A stretch of DNA of 64,000 nucleotides from Chloroflexota bacterium (GTDB taxonomy: Bacteria; Chloroflexota; UBA11872). The notes under the pieces were generated by a model, which saw only the letters and a list, made by a program, of their open reading frames with translations, was not told where the DNA came from and searched no databases. Shown piece after piece: positions 59,543-64,000 of this stretch (positions within the stretch are counted from its first letter, which is position 1; the number at the start of each line of letters is the position of its first letter). Made by a program: the position numbers and the translations under genes. The DNA is taken from positions 925,385-989,384 of the forward strand of contig CBDAOU010000001.1 of the NCBI GenBank assembly GCA_965198185.1. The letters are read 5' to 3'.

Positions 59543-60286
59543 TCAAAAGCCGTCAACCTCGTGGCCGAACCATTTGGTGATCAGCGCGTTCAGCGAGCCG
59601 TCGCCTTTCATCTCGCTGATGGCCTTGTCCAGCTTGTCCTTTAGCTGACCATCGTCTTCTCGAATGCCGATACCGACACCGAAGTCGAGCTTCACTTCCG
59701 GGCCGACGATGGCCAGCATTCCTTCGTGCTGGGCCATGCTCGCGTGGGCGAACTCTATGTCCACCAGCGCCGCATCCGCCTCGCCGCTCAGCACGGCCGC
59801 AATTGGCTCGGAAGCCAGTTCATACTCGAGCAGCGTTGCGCCCGCTTGATCCGCAAGGTAGGCGGCCTGGACCGTGGCCACTTGCGCGCCCACCTTGCCG
59901 TTGACCGCTTCGTCGCCGGCGCCGGCCACGGCGAGATAGACCGATGCGCTGGGCGGGAAGTACGGCTGCGTGAAGTCAATGACTTCGTCCCGCTCCTCCG
60001 TGATGCTCATCCCGGCCAAGATCGTGTCGTACTGGCCGTCCACGAGATTGGGAATGATGGTGTCCCACTCGTTGGTCACCCAGGTGCACTCGAGATTGGC
60101 CCGCCGGCACAGCTCGTCACCCAACTCCCGCTCAAACCCGTCGACCTCGCCGTCCTCGTTGATCACGTTGAACGGCGGATAGGCGCCCTCGGTTCCCATG
60201 CGGACGGCTTCAGGAGCTTCGGAGCAAGCCACGGAAACCGCCAGGAGCAGCGCCAGCATGGCGCCGAGGAGGATAATCCTAGCCAT
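59543..60286 (-). CDS. Polar amino acid ABC transporter substrate-binding lipoprotein, stand-alone
   Basis: Lipobox VAC, GTEGAYPPFN, WDTIIPNL, GMSITEER..IDFTQPY. Confidence 0.9.
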   Translation of the reverse strand: MARIILLGAMLALLLAVSVACSEAPEAVRMGTEGAYPPFNVINEDGEVDGFERELGDELCRRANLECTWVTNEWDTIIPNLVDGQYDTILAGMSITEERDEVIDFTQPYFPPSASVYLAVAGAGDEAVNGKVGAQVATVQAAYLADQAGATLLEYELASEPIAAVLSGEADAALVDIEFAHASMAQHEGMLAIVGPEVKLDFGVGIGIREDDGQLKDKLDKAISEMKGDGSLNALITKWFGHEVDGF

Positions 60287-60288
60287 GT

Positions 60289-60624
60289 TTAGCGCGCCCG
60301 AAGCATTTGCAAAGCCCTTGGTGCGTCCCGCAAATTGCCGCTCCGTCCGCCCCCGGACATTGCCGGGAGGATCGTCAGAGTATCCCCGCCCGCCAGAGTC
60401 GAGTCCAGACCGTCGAGCGTGGCCACGTCGCGCTCATTGAGGAATAGGTTCGTCGCCTCCAGCACGTTGCCGCTCGGCGGCGTCAGCGATTCCCGCAGCG
60501 TCGGATAAACCGCGAAGAGCGCCTCGAGCGCCTCCTGCACCGCGCCCGCCTCGACGTCAACGCTGCGCGCCCCGTCCGTGTGGTGCCGCAGCACCTGGGG
60601 AATGCGGATGGTGACCGTGGGCAT
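60289..60624 (-). CDS. MoaD/ThiS family sulfur carrier with C-terminal extension after GG
   Basis: IRIPQVLR..TDG, NLFLNERDV..LDGLDS.L..GD.LTILPAMSGG followed by about 20 extra residues. Confidence 0.8.
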   Translation of the reverse strand: MPTVTIRIPQVLRHHTDGARSVDVEAGAVQEALEALFAVYPTLRESLTPPSGNVLEATNLFLNERDVATLDGLDSTLAGGDTLTILPAMSGGGRSGNLRDAPRALQMLRAR

Positions 60625-60760
60625 GAGGCGGCGTGGGCGGGATTCGCGGCGCGGCATTTTCCGCGATGCGTCGCGTCGGTGGCAATGCCGCGGCGCCCCC
60701 TTTCGGCCGCGCGCGCCTGCGCCTACGATTGGGGGACCGGTCGGCCCAGTGAGACTTCCC

Positions 60761-61114
60761 ATGCAACCCAAGGTCATCGATCCAAGCGAGGTCGCCGTCG
60801 AGCACGTCTATCCCGACGCCCCGAGCAAGGTCATCAAGCGCAATCTGGTGACCCACCGGGACGACGCGCCGAACTTCGGCATGCGGCTCTTCGAGGTCGA
60901 GGCCGGCGGCGCCACCGAGCATCACCAGCATCCCTGGGAGCACGAGGTGTTCGTCGTCAGCGGCAACGGCCACCTGCTGACCGACGACGGGCGCAAGCCG
61001 TTCGCGCAAGGCCAGGCCGTCTTCGTGCCGCCTAACGCCATGCACCAGTTCCAGAACACGGGAACCGCGCCGCTGCAGTTCATCTGCATGATCCCCAATA
61101 GCGGTGACCTGTAG
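60761..61114 (+). CDS. Cupin domain protein
   Basis: APNFGMRLFEV, HQHPWEHEVFVVSG, FVPPNAMHQFQN. Confidence 0.88.
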   Translation: MQPKVIDPSEVAVEHVYPDAPSKVIKRNLVTHRDDAPNFGMRLFEVEAGGATEHHQHPWEHEVFVVSGNGHLLTDDGRKPFAQGQAVFVPPNAMHQFQNTGTAPLQFICMIPNSGDL

Positions 61115-61212
61115 CGCGGCCCGGCGGCAACCCCGTCGTCGCCGGCGTGACGGACCGGCGAACAGTGTCGCGCTTGGCGTACGTTGACTCGGATCGGCAC
61201 CCGCCGTCCGCA

Positions 61213-61956
61213 ATGATCGCGGCATCTGGATTCCGGTTCCTGGGCCGCGGTTCCCTTCTGGTCTTTTGCGCCTGCTCGATGTTCCTGGCATTGGTCCTCA
61301 CGACGGCCTGCGGGACCGAAACCTCGCCGGAGACCGACCGGGCGGCGCTGGCTCTCCTCTATCAGGCTACCGATGGACCCAACTGGATCCGCCGCGCGAA
61401 CTGGCTCACCGACGCGCCCCTGAACCAGTGGGCAGGCGTGACAACCGATGAGGACGGACGGGTTATCGGCTTGGACCTATTCCGCAACAACGTGTCCGGC
61501 GTCGTACCGACGGACGTGGGCAATCTGGACAAGCTCGTGGTTCTGAACGTGGCGAATACGCAGGACTCCCTTGGTTCGGAAGTGACCGAAGTCATTGTCG
61601 GTTTTGCAAGTCTTCTCGAGTTGGTCCTCACCGGAGAAACTACGTTTAACACCAAGAATCCGCCCGAATACAATGATTTGTACGGCTGCATTCCAAGCCG
61701 TCTGCAAGGGAAAGTGGACGCAGAGCAGTCCCACCTGGGCGGGCTACCGTTCTGCGATGGGACGAACGAGGCAGTCAACACGAACGCGCTGGCCCTTGAA
61801 TACGCCGTCCTTAGAGGAGATGCAGCGGCGGTACAACGTCTCCTTCGCGACGGAGTTGACGTTGCCTGTTCCGATGACTCCGGTCCCACGGCGCTTCACG
61901 CAGCGGTCGCTAATGGGAACGTTGAAATAACTCGAATGTTGGCGCGAGCTCAATGA
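61213..61956 (+). CDS. Lipoprotein with LRR N-cap and start of ankyrin repeats
   Basis: LTTAC lipobox, TDRAAL..LY.AT.GPNW...NWLTDAPL.QW.GV, LDLFRNNVSG, LYGCIP, TALHAAV..GN.EI..ML. Confidence 0.7.
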   Translation: MIAASGFRFLGRGSLLVFCACSMFLALVLTTACGTETSPETDRAALALLYQATDGPNWIRRANWLTDAPLNQWAGVTTDEDGRVIGLDLFRNNVSGVVPTDVGNLDKLVVLNVANTQDSLGSEVTEVIVGFASLLELVLTGETTFNTKNPPEYNDLYGCIPSRLQGKVDAEQSHLGGLPFCDGTNEAVNTNALALEYAVLRGDAAAVQRLLRDGVDVACSDDSGPTALHAAVANGNVEITRMLARAQ

Positions 61957-62826
61957 ATCTGAACGACGAGAGCAGCGTTTCCCTCTACGAGCTTGCCCTG
62001 CAACCCGCGCTGTACGAGCGACGCCGGGATCGACATCCCCTGCTCCGGTGAGTCGACCCCACGCTGCTGCACGTCGCGGACGCCACTGACGCCGGTCGCG
62101 AAGCAATGTTCAGAGGTTTTGACACCGTGAGGCTACTTCGAGGAGCGACGGAGCTGGGATTGGAAGGGGCAACGAGGAGCTGGTCCGAGTCCTTGTCGAA
62201 GCGGGCGCAGATCCCAATGTGGAAATCGTGCCTGACTATGAGGTCGGTTCCCATTTGGCGTATGCGGTCGAGGAGGGCAACGTGGAGATCGTGAGGCTCC
62301 TCCTTGAGGCAGGCGCAGACCCTAATGTCGCCGAGACTGAAGGAGCGCCAAGTTATCGGGCAACGCCACTTCGCTCGGGCGTCATAACGACAGGGCGGAC
62401 CTGATCGAGTTCCGTTGAAGCCGGCGCTGAGCTAGGCACTAGCGGGTGATGCCATGCTCGCGGCGGCGATCATCAACGGGAGAGCGCCAGGTGGTGAGCA
62501 TATTGGTCGAGGCAGGCGCGGACGTAGACGGAAGAGACGCCAAGGGCCGACCCATGCTCTACCGGGCGTTTCTCGGCGGCAATGCAAACATGGTGGGCAT
62601 ATTGGTAGAGGCAGGCGCGAACGTTAATGCAACTGATGCGGACGGCGAACATATTCTCTTCGACGCGATCTTGCACGGCAGTGCTGAAATAGTGGAGATA
62701 TTGGTGGAGGCGGGCGCGGACGTTAATGTCAAGAACCAGTACGGGGATTCCGCGCTCGACAAGGCTAAGCTCTTCAGCAATGACGAAATGATCCGAATTC
62801 TCGTCAATGCCGGGGCGAAAGAATAA
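61953..62826 (+). pseudogene. Ankyrin-repeat region, fragmented; intact C-terminal ORF 62446-62826
   Basis: Repeated ILVEAGADVN/LLEAGADPN units in several frames; probably continues 61213-61956. Confidence 0.7.
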
Positions 62827-62903
62827 GAGCCGTTGGACAATTGGTCAGACGGCCGACAACGAGCGCTTCCTTGGGCGAAGCGAGCGCGGTCCGACGGCAG
62901 AGG

Positions 62904-62976
62904 CGCCCCCGAGGGAATTCGAATCCCTGTCGCCACCTTGAAAGGGTGGTGTCCTAGGCCTCTAGACGACGGGGGC
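62904..62976 (-). tRNA. tRNA-Glu (anticodon UUC)
   Basis: GCCCCCG/CGGGGGC acceptor, CCACC-CTTTCAA-GGTGG anticodon arm, TTCGAAT T-loop; CCA not encoded. Confidence 0.95.
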
Positions 62977-63120
62977 CGTGGCGCGGGCGGATCACTCTAG
63001 CACCGGAGGTCAGCGCCGCCAGTCGTGCAGGACGCCCCTGTGACGCTGAAGGAGCGCCGCAACTGAAGCATCGCAATCGACGCCGCGTCTCCCAAGTATG
63101 CGGCGCGGCATGACCGGCCG

Positions 63121-63873
63121 TTGCCGGCACGTGCTCAAGACCCGGCGCGGGAGCTGCGGTCGAGGCTCGAAGCCGTCGCCGATCCGGTTCGCGCTGCCGG
63201 TGAGGCGCGGTATCTCAAGCTGGAGCGGCGGCGGGTGATCGGCACGTCGATGCCGGGCGCAGAGCGCGTGCTGACCGGCTACGTCAAGGATTTCGGCCTC
63301 CCGTCGGACCTTGACTTGCTCGACCGGCTCTTCAATGCGTCGCTCGAGGAAGCCTGGTGCGCGATCTGGATGCTGGCCGCGCAGCCGGCGTTCAACGCCG
63401 AGACCTGGCGGCTCACCGAGGCGTGGAGCGGCACGCCGGACACCTGGGCGCTGGCCGACCCGATCTCGCTGCTGCTGGTGGCGGGCCACCTTGAGGCCAG
63501 CGTCATCACCGAGGACACGCTGCGTACTTGGGCCGCGCGCGAGTCGCCGTTCTGGTACCGGCGCATCGCCCTGGTGGCGACGGTGTCGCTCAACGACGGC
63601 CTCGGGGGTCCCACGCAACGGCGGCTCCGGCGGATCGGGCGCGTGCCGCCGATCGGCGAGGCGCCGCGGCCGCAACTGACGTTCGACCTGCTGGAAGCCA
63701 GCATCCACGACCGCCGGCACTTCATCCGCCTGGGCATCGGCTGGGCGCTGCGACCGTTGTCCGCGGTCGATCCCGATGGCGTGGCCGCTTTCGTCACGCG
63801 TCACCGCTCACGGCTCACGAAGGCGATGCTGAACAAGGCGCGCCTGGGCGACGACGGGAGGCGGACATCGTGA
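63121..63873 (+). CDS. DNA alkylation repair protein (AlkD-like)
   Basis: ARYLK...G..MP, DTWALAD, FWYRRIA, HFIRLGIGWALR, FVTRH; start uncertain. Confidence 0.75.
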   Translation: MPARAQDPARELRSRLEAVADPVRAAGEARYLKLERRRVIGTSMPGAERVLTGYVKDFGLPSDLDLLDRLFNASLEEAWCAIWMLAAQPAFNAETWRLTEAWSGTPDTWALADPISLLLVAGHLEASVITEDTLRTWAARESPFWYRRIALVATVSLNDGLGGPTQRRLRRIGRVPPIGEAPRPQLTFDLLEASIHDRRHFIRLGIGWALRPLSAVDPDGVAAFVTRHRSRLTKAMLNKARLGDDGRRTS

Positions 63874-64000
63874 TCTCGCTCATTCCCGACACCGATGGCC
63901 GCGACGTCGTGACCACCGCCGCGCCCACGCCAGCGCGACGCTCGTACCCACCGACATCGCGCCCGCGAGCAGGTTGAACAGGATGTCGACTGGGTCGAAG

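Noticed and set aside
62904-62976. tRNA-Glu or tRNA-Sec as an integration site with duplicated 3' end
   Set aside because: No second copy of either tRNA 3' end and no integrase found in the window

Overview
GC-rich bacterial chromosomal window, probably from a peptidoglycan-containing Chloroflexota and possibly a host/sponge-associated one. That assignment is inference from the gene families, the V/E/K-repeat proteins, the ankyrin/LRR-cap proteins and the repeat types. Contents in order: an LprG/Rv1410c(P55)-like lipoprotein + MFS pair; a RecQ-PRTase + DprA-like pair (PsyrTA/RqlHI type); a sulfate assimilation/siroheme operon (sir-cysH-cysC-sat-hemC-cobA-hemD-hemB); a parA-ftsZ paralogue-GAF histidine kinase unit outside any dcw cluster; an ECF sigma/anti-sigma-vWA locus followed by a mosaic degenerate copy; two trkA genes, rplY and a class A PBP; a metG segment flanked by 28-bp direct repeats and ending in a tatD::vapC fusion scar; tRNA-Sec, vapBC and two orphan antitoxins; several metabolic genes; two tandem surface proteins with conserved N-termini and diverged, degenerate-gluzincin C-termini; an LRR-cap/ankyrin gene and tRNA-Glu. 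About eight otherwise intact genes carry single-base frameshifts, several in short homopolymers, which points to long-read consensus errors, so pseudogene calls are provisional. No CRISPR array, rRNA, integrase, transposase or reverse transcriptase was found.
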